A stretch of DNA of 64,000 bases from Botryllus schlosseri (lineage: Eukaryota), in assembly GCA_051294905.1 (NCBI GenBank), contig CM119371.1, positions 18,292,001-18,356,000 of the forward strand, given 5' to 3'. Numbering within the stretch: the first letter of the stretch is position 1; each line of letters begins with the position of its first letter. A program made the position numbers and the translations under genes. Below are positions 1 through 13,430 of the stretch, piece after piece. The notes under the pieces are model-generated. The model had not been told where the DNA came from. It did no database searches and was given only the letters and a program-made list of their open reading frames with translations.

Positions 1-141
1 CGGTCAATGTACTTTCTTTGTTCTGGTTCTGTCAGTTAAAATGCAAAACTGCAATATCAGATTCTCCGTATCATTGGTAATGACCAGGAACGCCTGGATA
101 TGCGACCAATAGAACTCGACCGATAAAGGTTGATATCACAT

Positions 142-680
142 TAAGGATTGCATTTAAAACAAACGATGTTTTAAAACGCTTTGTTTAAAATATGTTTTAA
201 ACAGTTTTTTAAACAAATGCCTTTTTTCAAAAAACAATTTTCTTTTAAAGCGTTGTCTAATTATGCCATAATTATGGAAATATATCCGAAAAACATGATG
301 CTACGGTCGATTTCCGTCCAATATAGTCGACGTATACGTTGTGGGGTGGCTGGAACCCTCAAAATCGTCGTCGGTTCAGCAGTTACAGCATATATATTAT
401 ATATCATTGATCCGGAATGGATCTTCTGATGATGAAGACCACCGACCGCGAAAATGCTGCATAACGATGTAGTCCTGGTTAAGGATAATTTTGGTCTGTC
501 TATGACAGTGGTCGGAATCGGAAGCCCTTTTCGTCTAAGAAGCCATTATTTACCCTACATTTTCAATTGTCAATGTCAATACATTGAGACGTCACAATGA
601 AATATTCGTGACGTCATCGCTAAAATTCATTTTTAAACGAGGGCCAATATTTAAACATTTTTGTTTTAAATACAACCCTA
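142..680. mobile_element. Degenerate MITE with ~30-bp TIRs
   Basis: Left taaggattgcatttaaaacaaacgatgtttt vs reverse complement of right end tagggttgtatttaaaacaaaaatgttt; flanks atcacat/atcacac resemble a decayed TSD; related internal sequence at ~19380-19510. Confidence 0.5.
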
Positions 681-1412
681 ATCACACATCGAATGAAATA
701 TCGGTATCAGCCATTTGAGTCAATTTTGATATTGTCGCGCCTTGTCGCGCCATCTGGCTTACAGGTTTCCAGAGATGAAGCGTTTGTAGTTTATTCCATT
801 GAACAAGCATAGCAACGGCTGTAAAGCTAGTCAAATAAGTGCTCTGAACCTTTGGAAATGTACCGCCGCTAGATGTTAGATCTTTTGAAAGGACGCTAAT
901 GAAGGTTTTAGCGGTATCGGCCCAAAAATCTGATATCGTTCGTGCTCTAGCGACCAAAAATTGGCAGGGTGAAGGATTTTGATTTCTAAATATACAATAT
1001 ATAAGAAAGTTAGAATAGTAGTTCCAATGCGGTCACTGCCGCGAAATAGTTCGCGACTTCCTCGCATACGAATCGAAAACGCATAATTACAGGACAGGCG
1101 CGTCCTGATAGTACAATTACAATATATTGAGCGCTAATTACAACAGAACACATCGTTCGATAAAGTATATGACGGACCACGACTGAGGAACAGTATTTCG
1201 CCGGCAATCCAACAGTGTTCGAGCATGTTCCCCACATTCAAGTCAAAACACACGTAGATTCTACTTGCTAAATCCTATAGTCAATGCTTGAGAATACGTG
1301 ACCACGATCTGACATATCGACGTCGCCTATACCAACTTAATTTCGTCGCTTTACCCTTTTATCTTATCTACTATTGCTTGCATGCAGCACAAAGTGGTGT
1401 CTGATTGAGCGC

Positions 1413-1700
1413 TCAATCAATCAATCAGTTTTATTAATATTTTCATCATTTCAAAACATCACAAGATTGCGATGCAATGAAAAGATAGGAAGGTGTCGAA
1501 ACAACTTGGAGATCAGACACCCACCTTAGCCTAGACGAAGTAAAGAAGAGGCCTGCACACTGAATGAAAAGTAATGCAGAGAATATAAGACGCAAGCTGG
1601 TTACTACAAGTCGTTTCGATTTCCTTCCTATCTATTCATTTAATATAAATCTTGTGGTGTTTTAAGATATTAAGAATATTAATTAATAGACCGAACTGAA
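1413..1700. mobile_element. Two inverted 3'-end fragments of a LINE/SINE (CR1/L2-like tail)
   Basis: 1450-1510 is the reverse complement of 1607-1665; the minus-strand copy ends in AATAAAA + (TTGA)n. Confidence 0.45.
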
Positions 1701-3824
1701 GAGCTACCAGCCATCTCTCACGGTACGACCATAGCTATAGCTATAGCCCCAGAACCAAGCTCAAATTTCTGTGTGAGGTGAGTACTGGTACCACTGCGCA
1801 GTAGTGTAGAATATTTCGTAGTCGCAGATATTGTGAGCGAATGTCATCATGATCAAATGAGGTTCGTCCATTCCATAGCTACATTGTTTACAACGGAGGT
1901 AATTTTGGTGACGATATCGACTGGCCCGCGTAATCCACTTTATAATCACCTTATTCGGATTATTTCATGTTTGTAAAATTTTGATTTCGACATCCGAGTG
2001 GGTAAAATTTTTTAAGATCAGCATTTTCATGATGCGGAAATAGTACGTTACGCTTTGAAGCCGAAATGTACAGCGAACCGTGCATAAGTGCGGAGAATGA
2101 CATTCAGGTTTATACCGACAGCAGAGTGGTTATCTGAACGAGGTCGCAACCATTACAGTATGAAGCAAATTTTACATTACAGTCACAGCGTCGCGAGCTT
2201 GGGAAGACATTCCCTAGGAAAATTTTGCCATCGCCCGGTATATTCGTGCAATATCATTGAAAGAAGATTACGGTTTGTTATAATGATGGGGATAGACAAA
2301 ATCTCTTCGTTTGAGCATACCATGATACCAATTCACTATTATCACATAGTATCCATGAAATACCACCGTCGACCGACGCAATATCATGTATATTGTATAT
2401 TCTTTAGCTGAGTTAGTGCAAAAAATTATAATTAAAATCTTGTGAGCAATCACCGTGGTTTCACACTGCAAAATTGCTCGATACATACATATCAGTGAAC
2501 CTACAACTATACGAATTCATGTGCAGCAGAATACTGATTTGCAAGCAGAATACTGATTTGCATTAGCCGTCTAACTCGTTATGTTTACAGTATATCAGAT
2601 CGATCGGCAAATAAATAAAGTTGTGTGCTGGCTGCTGATGTTACTGAAAGAATATATCGCATTGATACAATACGCTGGACTGTGTATTGGTCTGTTGAAC
2701 TAACTATCAAGGTCAAAAGCTGACTGTTCCAGTACTCGACTAACATTGCCACTCGCGAAACTATATACTGCGAATGCACTTGTAAAGCAACATATGCGAA
2801 GGACTGCTTAGTGCTAATTACCGGGAATACAGGATGTCTTCTACAGCCCTCAGAAATAAGTATAAGCGCCCTGCAACACGTAACAGTCCATTATTTATTG
2901 CTGAGCAGCGGTATCTGTCGAACCGCAGGTTGCTGGCGACTTCGCGTGTTTACTTAGCCATAAAAATACCGTTACATCGGTGATATAAACACAAATCGCC
3001 AGATCAATGCGGGCTTAATGCTCGCTCCATTTCCGGGTGGATGTCTGACGTGAATCACGGTGTATTCAAAGCTGCTTGTCTGTCGTAGTCTGGCCCAAAC
3101 CATCTAGTTTCGTACCTATGCATATGCAAACATACAATGAGCAACTTGAATAGGCAAGGTAATTACGCGGTTGCCTCAGAAAAGATATCGGTACATAAGG
3201 AACACACAAAGCTACCTACGCTAGCTAGTCACTCAACTCAACACCGTGAACAACGCTAGTGAACATCAGTAGATTGAGAGAACAATCGGACAATCATTTA
3301 GTAACGACGACGTCGCGAATGCCAGTGTCGAACACGGCACACTATACCTCAAGTCTGCAGACAGATTTCAGTTGGTTTTACATATTGTCTTCAGCCTGTA
3401 TACGTTCAACTAGCAAGCTATGCCCTACACTTGCATGATCATTCGTCGTCAATGCTAATCGTGTTTGTAGAAGGCGCAACAACATGCACGATGGCTTTAG
3501 GGCAAACCAAACATACAACCAAGCGGTATCGTGACTCGTGAGATCGTCATATCTGCGACACAATTGCAAGCTAAATACAAGACATGGATATGGAATTCTT
3601 CCCATCCACATTGTGACATCACGTCATGTTCTAGTCCAGAAGACGCTTCGGTAATAACATACAACACTTAACTCGGAAACGAGGAAATCAACCCCATTTA
3701 AAAGGACAGTTATATTCTTTAGTTTAAAGATTTGCTATTTACCTATGTTGCTGTTTCATTGTAAACTATAGGCCTGCATGCCCTTTCCACTGCCCAGTTG
3801 CGTACTCGGTATGATACAGTGGGG

Positions 3825-4576
3825 CAATGGTTCTCTACCGGGGTCCGCGAAGCATTTTCAGAGGGTCCGCGAAACCTCTAAAGTTGTCAAATGTTGATAA
3901 CTAGGGCAAGTTTTTGCAACTTTTGCAACTTTTTTTTACAGCTTCCGGCAGCTTCCTAAATACTCGTAAGATTAGAATTCTGTTTCAAGCCCGTTGAAGG
4001 AATCTTATAGTGCAACTTTTTGCAACTTTTGTCCATTTTTTTCATGCAACTTTTTGCAACTTTTTCGATTTTTCATGAAAGTATTCTCGATTTTGGTGAA
4101 ATACACGGCCAAATTCGACTGAAACACTGTAAATCAGCACCGAAATAACGCTTTTACGGGTATTTCGGGAGCTGAGCCGGAAAATTGCCTTTTATTAGTC
4201 AACCGAGCAAAATGTGGTCAAAGTGCAACTTCTGCAACTTTTGTTAAGATTAAAAAAATAAATGCAACTTTCTCAGGTTTTTAGTGCAACAAAAACTTGC
4301 CCTATTGATAACCTATTTTGTATTTTTTTAATTAGAGAAAGCATGAGACAGTTTCGCTTCACAATTGCTACAACTTTAGGACTCACATCATTAAAATGGT
4401 CGTCTGAGATGAAATGTCCTACTGTACAAACTCATTTTAATTGTCGAATTGCCAATAGCCTGCCAATGCAAACATATTCCTGCTTCAAGCCGTTGTGTTG
4501 GGGTTTGAGGAAAAATTAAATGTTGACGATAGCAAGGTCAAACGGTCCGCGAAGATAAAAAGGTTGAGAACTATTG
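3825..4576. mobile_element. hAT-like MITE ('ggtccgcg' family) with nested MITE
   Basis: Ends caatggttctc / gagaactattg; decayed TSD cagtgggg/tagtaggg; absent from the paralogous site near 27441; related copies at 5207, 29618, ~37100-37510, 39071 and ~50640-51910. Confidence 0.75.
3902..4304. mobile_element. hAT-like MITE (TAGGGCAAGTTTTTG TIR, tgcaactt subterminal repeats)
   Basis: TIR tagggcaagtttttg / caaaaacttgcccta; perfect 8-bp TSD ttgataac (3894-3901, 4305-4312). Confidence 0.92.
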
Positions 4577-4789
4577 TAGTAGGGTAAGCTAATTCAATGG
4601 GCTACGCGTCGGCATCGGCAACGGCAATCTTTCTGCCAATGTCATAATATTACCAACCGGCCTGTCAAGCATTATTAGTTTTGTCATATTTATCGTTTGA
4701 AGCAAAATTTATGATAAGATCTATCTTCTGTGGTTGATTTGGTCGTTTCCAAGTCCACTGTGTTCGGTACCATAGCCAATAAGTATAGG

Positions 4790-5144
4790 TAGGGTTACCA
4801 TATTTTGGAATCGGCAAACAAAGACACTTTTACCATAACATAAAAGTTAAATGTCCGAAATTGAAAACAGCTGATTTTGAAACATTCATTGGAAATCTAT
4901 GGTGTTGACTTAAAAAAGTCATTACTTTTATTCGACTCCAAATGACCCGCCCCAACGTCCGTATTACCCATTTCACGTCATTTTTTCCGGTTTTAAGTTG
5001 ACTCTGTCCTTTATCCTAGTTGTAAAAGCTGTAAAGGTGGGCGAATTGCCAAAAATGGAGGACATTTAGGCGTTTCGTAGGACATTTTCAAAAACCGGAA
5101 AAAGAAGGACAGATCCTCCTGGAGAAGGACGTATGGTAACCCTA
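4790..5144. mobile_element. hAT-like MITE (TAGGGTTACCATA family)
   Basis: Perfect 13-bp TIR tagggttaccata / tatggtaacccta; aggac subterminal motifs. Confidence 0.85.
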
Positions 5145-6386
5145 AATAAGTGACACGCGCACCAAAGTTGTTACGGCGATATGGCTTGATCATGAAGGTC
5201 CTAGCCCAGTAGTTTTCAACCGGGGTCCGCGAAGCATAATCAGGATGTCCGCGAAACCTTTATTATTGAAAAATGATTGAAAACCGAAATTGTGAGTTTT
5301 AAAACCATAGGGAAATCACGAGGCAGTTTCACTGAGTCACATCAACAGAATGGCGGTCTGAGATGAAATTCCTACTTTGCCAATTCATTTCAATTGCCAA
5401 TAGCCTACTGTCATAGGCATATCGCTGCTTAGAGATGTTTTGTTGGAGTTTCTGGAAAAATAAAAAGTTGGAGTAGTAAGGTCAATCGACTTCAAAATAT
5501 TTGCAAAGCATTTTGGATTTGAAGTTGTCAGTCTCATTAAATTAGTGGACGTGAACAGTCGTTTGAACTAAAATTCTGAAGTCATTTTCCTAATCTTAAC
5601 AAATATAGGGATTGAAACCTCGCCGCGGAATCCATTTTCTCTCGTGATATACATAACCGTAGTATTCCAGAATAACATCAAGGTTAGCTGGTAAATAAAA
5701 ATAACTAGGCTCGACGTGATAAATCTGTTTCTCAATTTCAGTGCCAAATACGTTGCGATCAAAGCCAATGGTGTCGCCGAGTGCTTTATGCATTCATATT
5801 ACATTCGCCACCACCTATCTCTGTCGAACTGGATTATTTATCGGTACTCGTCTGACGACTAGCGGAAAATATTATCCACGAACCGTGCACAATACGGTTT
5901 CACATCAGCGTTTTCTCTCTCTGAATAGCCGTTTTTTGGTTACTTTTTCGAAAACTTATGAATACAGTGTGCACTTTTTAACCTTCGCGGGATGTGGTGT
6001 CAATGTCACCGAATGTTGACTGGAGTGAAAGCTAGACACTGCCGACGGATGCTTATATTGTGGCCTATGGCCAATTGACCATGTGCGACATTTCCTGCCT
6101 TGAGGGATTGTTTATATTTCTTACGAAAAATCTTAACTTTTGCTATAAATGTACTGGATATTACAAGCATTTCTGCATTTGCTCACAATTGTTTCGCGGG
6201 TTTGAGTAGCTGAGGGTAAATATGGCCAAATTTAACAGTCCAATTGTATTTATCATTGTGGCTCGTTAGCCAATTCCTAAAATTGTAGGCTGGGGGCCGA
6301 CAGCATAGGCTTTTATTATCAAATTGAGTATCAACGACCGCAGCATAATTCATCAACGAGCGCAGGTTGGACACCGTTGCTATAAG

Positions 6387-7436
6387 CAGGGCTGTGGGGT
6401 CGGAGTCGGAGTCTCTTTTTAGCACGCCTTGGAGTCGGAGTATTGAAAACTATAGTGTCTGGAGTCGGAGTCCTGGAAAATACTCACTAGTGTCGGAGTT
6501 GGAGTTTGTGAAAATGACCCGGACTCTGACTCCGACTCCGACTCCCAACTTCTTTATTATGTAAACAAATGCTTTCAAAGCTATCTTTAAATTACTATTA
6601 ATAACTAAAATAGGATTTTTATGTACCATCAACCACTGTCATTAGTATCGATATAGATACAATTGTACATTCTTTGCAAATTATAATTCAGTTGCATAGA
6701 GGATGTAAATCGCAATATGCATCTTCGGTAAGCAGTCACAAATTGGAATTATACCATGATACTGTGGTAGAGTAAATACATCGTCTGGTTTTGTGAAGTT
6801 GTAAAATTGATGTAAATCTAACCAAACTCTTCTTCCCACATGACAAAATTAAAACTGTTTGTAGTCTAGCTTAGCGGCTTGGGTCGAACAAATGATTAAG
6901 TAAGATTGCAAGTCCTAGTCCTTGAATACTTTAGTAAGTGCATGTAGACTAGACATATGCTATTTCACTACTTCCTAAATTTCGTTTCTGATCGATGTTT
7001 ATTAGTGTAGTGTGTGTGTTTGTAATCAGTATAGTGTGTAATGAGAAAATTAGTAAGTTACATCTCTGTATTAATGGCTGACTCGTGCACAAGAGCTGCA
7101 CTTCGATTGTTTTGTATGTTAATTATACATAACAGGATTGGATAGGTGTCATGTTTGAATGATTCATAACTATTAAGATATTAGAGAGTCCCTGTTATAT
7201 TCAGAAAGGCATTTTTTCGTATTAATTGCATAGTGGATAATTCGAGTTGTGTCACAATGAAACAATTTTACATACCATCGTTAATAATATGTTCAATGGT
7301 TATCTGAAAGTCATTCTAACAAGGCGTATAATTTTCGCAGGTAGTGCTGTAGGCATCGGAGCCAGAACGTTGAAGACTCAGGGGTTGGTATATTGAGGAT
7401 ATCTGGAGTCGGTGGCAAAATTTCCCGACTCCACAG
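6387..7436. mobile_element. hAT-like non-autonomous element with GGAGTC subterminal repeats
   Basis: Left cagggctgtggggtcggagtcggagtc, right cgactccacag (truncated); internal sequence recurs at ~29360-29610 and inverted at ~32410-32820. Confidence 0.7.
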
Positions 7437-7462
7437 TCAGTGGCGTAGGAGCATATGCTGCC

Positions 7463-8072
7463 TAGGGCTGTTCAAAAATAACTTATTTTTATGGATTCCA
7501 GTCGTTCGGTTATCAAATTGTCAGGTTACCCTAAGAAATGCTACACACCAAATTTGGTTCAATTTTAACAAGTATAGGGCTCCGCAGATCCAATTAAATT
7601 TTATAATTTAAACAGGAAAATTTAAAAAAAAAATTCAAAATTTTCTGTCAACCGGCCCCATGAATTTGTTGAGCTGTCTTCAGAGACGATGCAAAACAAA
7701 TTTGACTCAATTCCAACTAGTAGAAGCGGAGTTATTGAGGTTTTTCGTTGATAATCCTTGGATTATCCACCAATCAATCCGAGAAATATCAACGAAAAAC
7801 TCCAATAACTCGGCTTCTACTAGTTGGAATTGAGTCAAATTTGTTTTGCATCGTCTCTGGAGACGGCTCAACAATTTCATGGGGTTGACAGAAAAATTTG
7901 AATTTTTTTTTTAATTTTCCGATTCAAATTATAAAATTTAATTGGATCTGTGGAGCCCTACACCTGTTAGAATTGAACCAAATTTAGTGTGCAGCGTTTT
8001 TTAGGGTAACCTGACAATTTAATGACTGAATGGCTGGAATCCAGAACAAAAAGTTATTTTTGAACATCCCTA
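7463..8072. mobile_element. ~610-bp foldback (palindromic) MITE, hAT-like
   Basis: Two ~300-bp inverted arms (tagggctgttcaaaaataactt ... aagttatttttgaacatcccta); TSD atgctgcc/atgctacc; single-arm relic at ~17900-18180. Confidence 0.9.
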
Positions 8073-9629
8073 ATGCTACCGCCCCTGGCTTTCGTTGAAA
8101 ATGCCTGACAAATTTTTGAATAGTTTCAATCTTTTCAATTATATTTACTGAGAGTCTCGTTTTGTTAGCTAAAAAAGTCCATAACCTCGCCTCGACACCC
8201 GCATTACCCACCTTTTTCTGTACTTCTGTAGTGTTGACTAAAAACCGGACATCATCTCACATTTGCCACCCCCTTGCAGCCTGCCGCAGAGCCAGAACCT
8301 AGCTGAGACAATTACGCAGAAGTGGCAGTTGGTTTAGAGACGTAACCAATTTAGTAAGTATAGCACAAATCAGTAGAACCTACTTGGGTACTTGGAAAAG
8401 TACAAGTACTTCGTTACTGACGGTGTTGGGATCAACTCACTACCTCCTAGTCACAAGTCAATTCGAGTCATTGCACATTGCACAACTTGCTCGAGTTATA
8501 GAGTTGATAATCGACTAAGGTGAAGTTATATCGTTTTCCATAACCAAAGTCCTGGTCTGGCACGAAAACAAAATCATTGCTACGATTCATCTTGTATTGG
8601 AGTTACACCAGAAAGCATGGCAAAAAGGGTAATTCACACACTGCTTAGTCTTTGCAAACCAATAATTTACAGGTATGCGCATAACGCGAATTCAAAAGCT
8701 ACCAATTATGTCGCAACGTAGTTCGAAACAAATCGATGAATGTCACAACACATCTCCCTCGTACAAATAATGCAAATCTGCGAAAACATTACACCACACG
8801 TGACGCATCTTCGTAGCAAATGATAACGATGCTAACGAAGTAGAGTGAAAATAGTAATGGAAACACGAGATATATTTCGGACATGTTCGGATATCTTTTT
8901 GTTATCCTAATCATCTCAAAATTGTGTTTGTGCATATCTTGTCCGGAAACGTATCTTGAGTACATCTTTTTCTTATCCAACAAATTTCGTTAAAATGCCG
9001 AAAATACATTTGTGAGGAATCAAATTCGATTATTGTTTCATTTTATGGTATAATTTATCTATACTATCAATTTTATTGATGTCTTACTCTTATGGGGTGA
9101 TATGTCACCATAATTGCCACTATCGAATCATAACAATTTACATCGTTGTAAATTGCTATGATCGAATGTTTTTCCTTTTGTCACACGCCGCTTTCGCGTG
9201 ATTTTGCAGATATTTTGATTCTTGGCCATCCCAAATTTTGGAATCCGAATCCAGGCGGCAATTTGAAAATCTTATGAATTCTGGGTAACCCGAAAAACTG
9301 CTGCCAAAAAAAAGACAGAAGCGCTCTGATAATGGCGGCTTGCAGTGCAGATATCGTTGTCGTTTTGGTTTTAGTAGCGTTCAGGGAAATCGCAGTTAAT
9401 CGAGGCTAATCCAAGCATATTTCTATATAAGAATACCGAAAACTTCACTGTGCAAGGTAATTTATATATGCTTGTTATATAATCATAGTGAAGGATTTGC
9501 TGTAAATGAATATAGGTGGGTATTAGTCGATCAATAAATCGAGCAATCATTTGCTGTTGTGCTTTTTGTTGAACAAGAACAACCGGTTGCTGTTGCTGTA
9601 ATACATAAAAGCGATGTAGAAGTGATCTC

Positions 9630-12431
9630 ATTGATTCCTAGCTTATATCTTATGAATTGTGAATTGTGCGAAATTGTTTGTATCTATAATAGAATTGCAT
9701 GGCTGGTGGTTGCGTAAGAATGCAAATAGCACGGTAAGGCCAAGAACAAAAAGCAACCATAATATGATAATCGCAATTGGTCTCTGTATAAAAGATACAG
9801 ATGAAATGCTCATCCAGTAAGTTATAAACTCAGAATTAGCGTACTGTTTTCCAAGTGGGCCTACCTTGCCATCTACATTATCCATCTATTTTAGATGTAC
9901 GGAACGTAGCTTTTAGTGATATAATAAAAGTTGCGGAGAGTAGTGGCTTGCTCACGTCTTTGTCATAGTCTGGACTGAAAATGAAGCGCAGCGGCCAAGA
10001 CGAAAACGTCAGCGGAACAAACAATTTTTGAATAGTTCGGCGTCAACTGATGGTCAAGGTATACCCTTTTATTCTGTGCAATATGGTATATATATATGTA
10101 AAACGTTTATAATTTGTAGATGATGTTTTTCCTGCAAGGAAGAAACGTAATCCAAGTATTCAGATACAAGACATGCCAATTTCAAGAATGCGGTCATCTT
10201 ATGATTCTGGCAAGCTGGAGTGATATCAATGATGCTCGCAATGCAAGTTTGCCATCATTAACGAAAATAGTGTTCAAGAATGGCATAATCCCATCATTGA
10301 ATGTAACGGCCAGAGATCTAAGTCCTGCAGTAAGTTCCTAGCACTTTGATGCGTTCTCGAATTTGAGAATAAAGTCTCGCTGTTTTTCAGATGCTCCTTC
10401 ATTTGAAATCATCGCTGAACTACAAAATTTTGACCATCAACAACGCGGCCTGTCATAAAGTAATGGTAAGTTTATCACATAGGAAGATCAATCCAACTTC
10501 CTTGTAATCGAATCCTTTTTAGCTTGTGCATCAAAGACATAAAGTTGCAGAAAAACCAGATGATGGATTTCCTCAGACATCATATCGACAATTACTCCAA
10601 AAGACCTCAATCGAGTGCCCCAATTTTGCTGAAAGATATAATTGAAAATCCCTGTGAAACCTTGTCACAGCTGGAACACCTTTGAACAACGGCAAAGTCT
10701 GAACTGGTATGTTTTTGTTTCTCATTCGAACAAAGCGATTGACAGTCTAAATCAGGGGTGTCCGCCGACACCAAGGAATCATTTTCAGACACAGCAGGGG
10801 TCCGTCTCGAAATTAGTTCTATTATCCAAAATTGAATTGCCAATGTGATTTATTGCGAAATCGCAAAGTCAACCAAGCCATTGATGAGCGTGACCATGAA
10901 ATTTATGGTGTGGATGGTTTTATCTAGAATGCCCATAAATGTCATTGTTAATTCTGGTGCAAACCATTAATGCAAGGCAGTACCATCTGTATTGTGTACC
11001 ACTAATATAATGTTGTTACAGGTAGCCGCTTTAATGGGATTCCGGGGTGTACAATTGCCGGAAACTGTCGAAAATATGATGACCAGCGTAGCTGTAAAGA
11101 AAGTATGGAAATCCTAGTCTTAAGGGTCAAAAAAGCAAGAGTGACACTTGAAAAGACTATTAGACGTAAGTTATCAACGGTTATTGACGGAAATTGAACG
11201 TAATCAACGTAAAAAAAGTTGAGCCAAAGCCTCGATTTTTCAGCATTTTAATCGTTTGACGTCATATGTCGTCACTGATGTGCAAAGTTATCTACTTTAG
11301 TACTCTAGTTGTTGACGAGTTTTGTTCGTTGTCTGATGGCTGATGTATAATATACCATGACTGTGACTGGACAGTGGATATCTTCGTCCAATTATATCTC
11401 TTTTTAGAAGCATGCAGATCGGCTCATCCTGACCTCGAGATCCCAGATAAAAGAACTAAAGATCAGGTTGCAAGATCTCTAACTGTTGCTGGATCTTGCA
11501 AGGTAATTTTGTTATTAAGTTTGATGATTGTGTGGTGTGACAGTTGTGTCTTTTATGATATGAGTGGACTGTAAATGAATTGTTCTTGCCGCTCATCTTC
11601 AGAACATTGTATATCAGTGGTCCCCAAACTTTACGAGAAAATTTACGTGACAATTTCCCTCCGCGGGTCGCATTTGTCTCGCACGGGGAGAATAAAATTT
11701 AATTTGAATAACTCTACTTCATATTGATTTACAAAATAATTTTAAGCAACTTCGATTTTGGTTCAGACAATAACCTGTCTAAAAAATTTTATACTCTGGG
11801 AATTAAAATATTCGAAAATTTCTGGATCGTGTGAATTTTTGGAAGGTACTTTGCAGTCATAAAAATTGTCTCGCAGACCCCAGTTTGCGAACCACTGCAT
11901 ATATTTACTATGCCGTACATGGAATGAGCGATCATTATCACATCAGCCTCTCACAGGCAACTATTACCATATTAATAATAAAATGATAATGTAAAGAACA
12001 ATCTTCACCCCGTGCCCAAACGATAGGTTTTGAAATCCGTTCCCAGCAACACGTCTTCATGACGCCAATAGCATGAAAATCTTCTCTATAATGACAGGCA
12101 TTATTGAACTTGAACAGGTTCTGGTTTCTCATCTTGAAAGCGTAACTGCGTTAGTTATATCTTCAGTGTAAAAGTAAAGGTCATGTCGCTTTTGAAAGAG
12201 GGCTTGAGGTCTTTTGGTTAATGTAACTCAGATCACCATCCCATTTTACCCACAACCAAACACATAACGACTTCTGTTCTACAGTGATAATAATCAATTG
12301 TAGTAATTTGCTCATTTATGTTATAGGGTGGCGATAAAGAAGATAACAGGAGCAAGGCTGTCATCACAGAGTCTGACAATTCCGACAACGATTTCGAACT
12401 TATGCTTGGGCAGCAATATTTGCTGAAGTGA
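9630..12431 (+). pseudogene. Decayed multi-exon DUF4806-like gene (EnSpm accessory ORF)
   Basis: GT-AG-bounded relic exons: 9974-10058 TENEAQRPRRKRQRNKQF; ~10642-10706 IPVKPCHS; 11022-11165 VAALMGFRGVQLPETVENMMTSVAVKKVWKS/SLKGQKSK (stops, frameshift); 11408-11502 EACRSAHP...KDQVARSLTVAGSCK; 12327-12431 GGDK...stop. Domain recognised by eye only; 5' limit approximate. Confidence 0.6.
11615..11897. mobile_element. hAT-like MITE nested in the EnSpm-like element
   Basis: TIR cagtggtccccaaact / agtttgcgaaccactg; TSD not clear. Confidence 0.65.
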
Positions 12432-13019
12432 TTGCGCAGTTCTGTGCTGATTTAATACACGAACAAAGCCATGCATGATTTGTAAAATCATTAGTCAGTC
12501 TTCATTGATAAGGGCAGTGCAGGGTGTGGCAGGTCCAGGTACCCAACCAGGGTCAGGGGTCACCTAGGGTCAGGGTTCATCTAGGGTCAAGCAAGATATC
12601 ATGACAATGTCATACAGGTATCTTTGAAGATGTCCTATATATGTGCAAATGTGTCGATAGATTTATATAAACAATACATATGACTAGATATATTTTGAAG
12701 TAGTTGAGTCATATACAAAATATATCTGCAATATATTCTGTGTTTGCTGGGGGAGTAGGCTACTTCTGACATGAAAAAACATTGCCAACAAAACCTCATC
12801 ATTTACACATATACAATAGGAAAATTGTCAATCAGCATATAAATATTATGCCCGATAGATAACAGGCTTCCTTCGGGTAAACCCAAAATATTAGGCTCCA
12901 CTCGCACCGGATGTCTTGTCCAGAATGCCCAGCTGCAACCATGCATTCAAATACAGCCGACTTCTCTTACTCCGTAAACTTTGGTTCCGCTCACGTTTCG
13001 CTGAATCAAGTGGATATGG

Positions 13020-13430
13020 TAGGGTTACCATAGGTCCTCTTTTAAGAGGATTTGTCCTCTTTTTGTTACTTTTTTGAAAGTGTCCTCGGAGGACGCCCTT
13101 TTGTCCTCTTTTTTGAAAATTTAGGTCACATTTAGAGCGAAATGCGAGTGATATGCCGTAAATTAGCACAGAAGTGAAGCTCCGGCGGGTATTTCGGAGC
13201 GTAAAACGGTGCTTTAGGCTCTGAGCTAAAAGTTGACCCATTTTTAGCAAAGTGGAGAGGAAAACGGTATTTTGTGCTCTGAGCGGAAAGTTGACCTTTT
13301 TTTTTGTTTTAGTCAACCGGTCACAGAGTGGGAAAAATTCACTGATTTTGATAATTCTTCTCCGGTTTTGCAAGTCTCAAATTTCTGAAAAAGTGTCCTC
13401 TTTTTAGATTTCCAAAATATGGTAGGCCTA
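13020..13430. mobile_element. hAT-like MITE (TAGGGTTACCATA family)
   Basis: TIR tagggttaccata / tatggtaggccta; perfect TSD ggatatgg; near-identical inverted copies at 27990-28429 and 53443. Confidence 0.93.

Larger units (their letters stand above)
8861..12751. mobile_element. Decayed EnSpm/CACTA (CMC)-type DNA transposon
   Basis: Right end reverse-complements to CCCAGCAAACACAGAATATATT; left end aaacacgagatatatt lacks the first 6 nt; paralogous empty site tagtaatggagaaggctac at 42301-42319 implies a 2-bp GG TSD; contains DUF4806-like exons. Confidence 0.7.

Noticed and set aside
9371..9885. Minus-strand hydrophobic and Q-rich ORFs as membrane-protein genes
   Set aside because: Lie inside the EnSpm-like element, partly antisense to the DUF4806-like relic; no recognisable domain.
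10190..10340. Penelope RT-like peptide (NDGIMPFLNTIFVNDGKL) on the minus strand
   Set aside because: Only a short resemblance, no YxDD or neighbouring motifs; better explained by plus-strand exons.
12891..13373. 160-aa ORF and similar ORFs at 40174-40599, 49420-50092 and 53629-53859
   Set aside because: Chance frames through MITE repeats.
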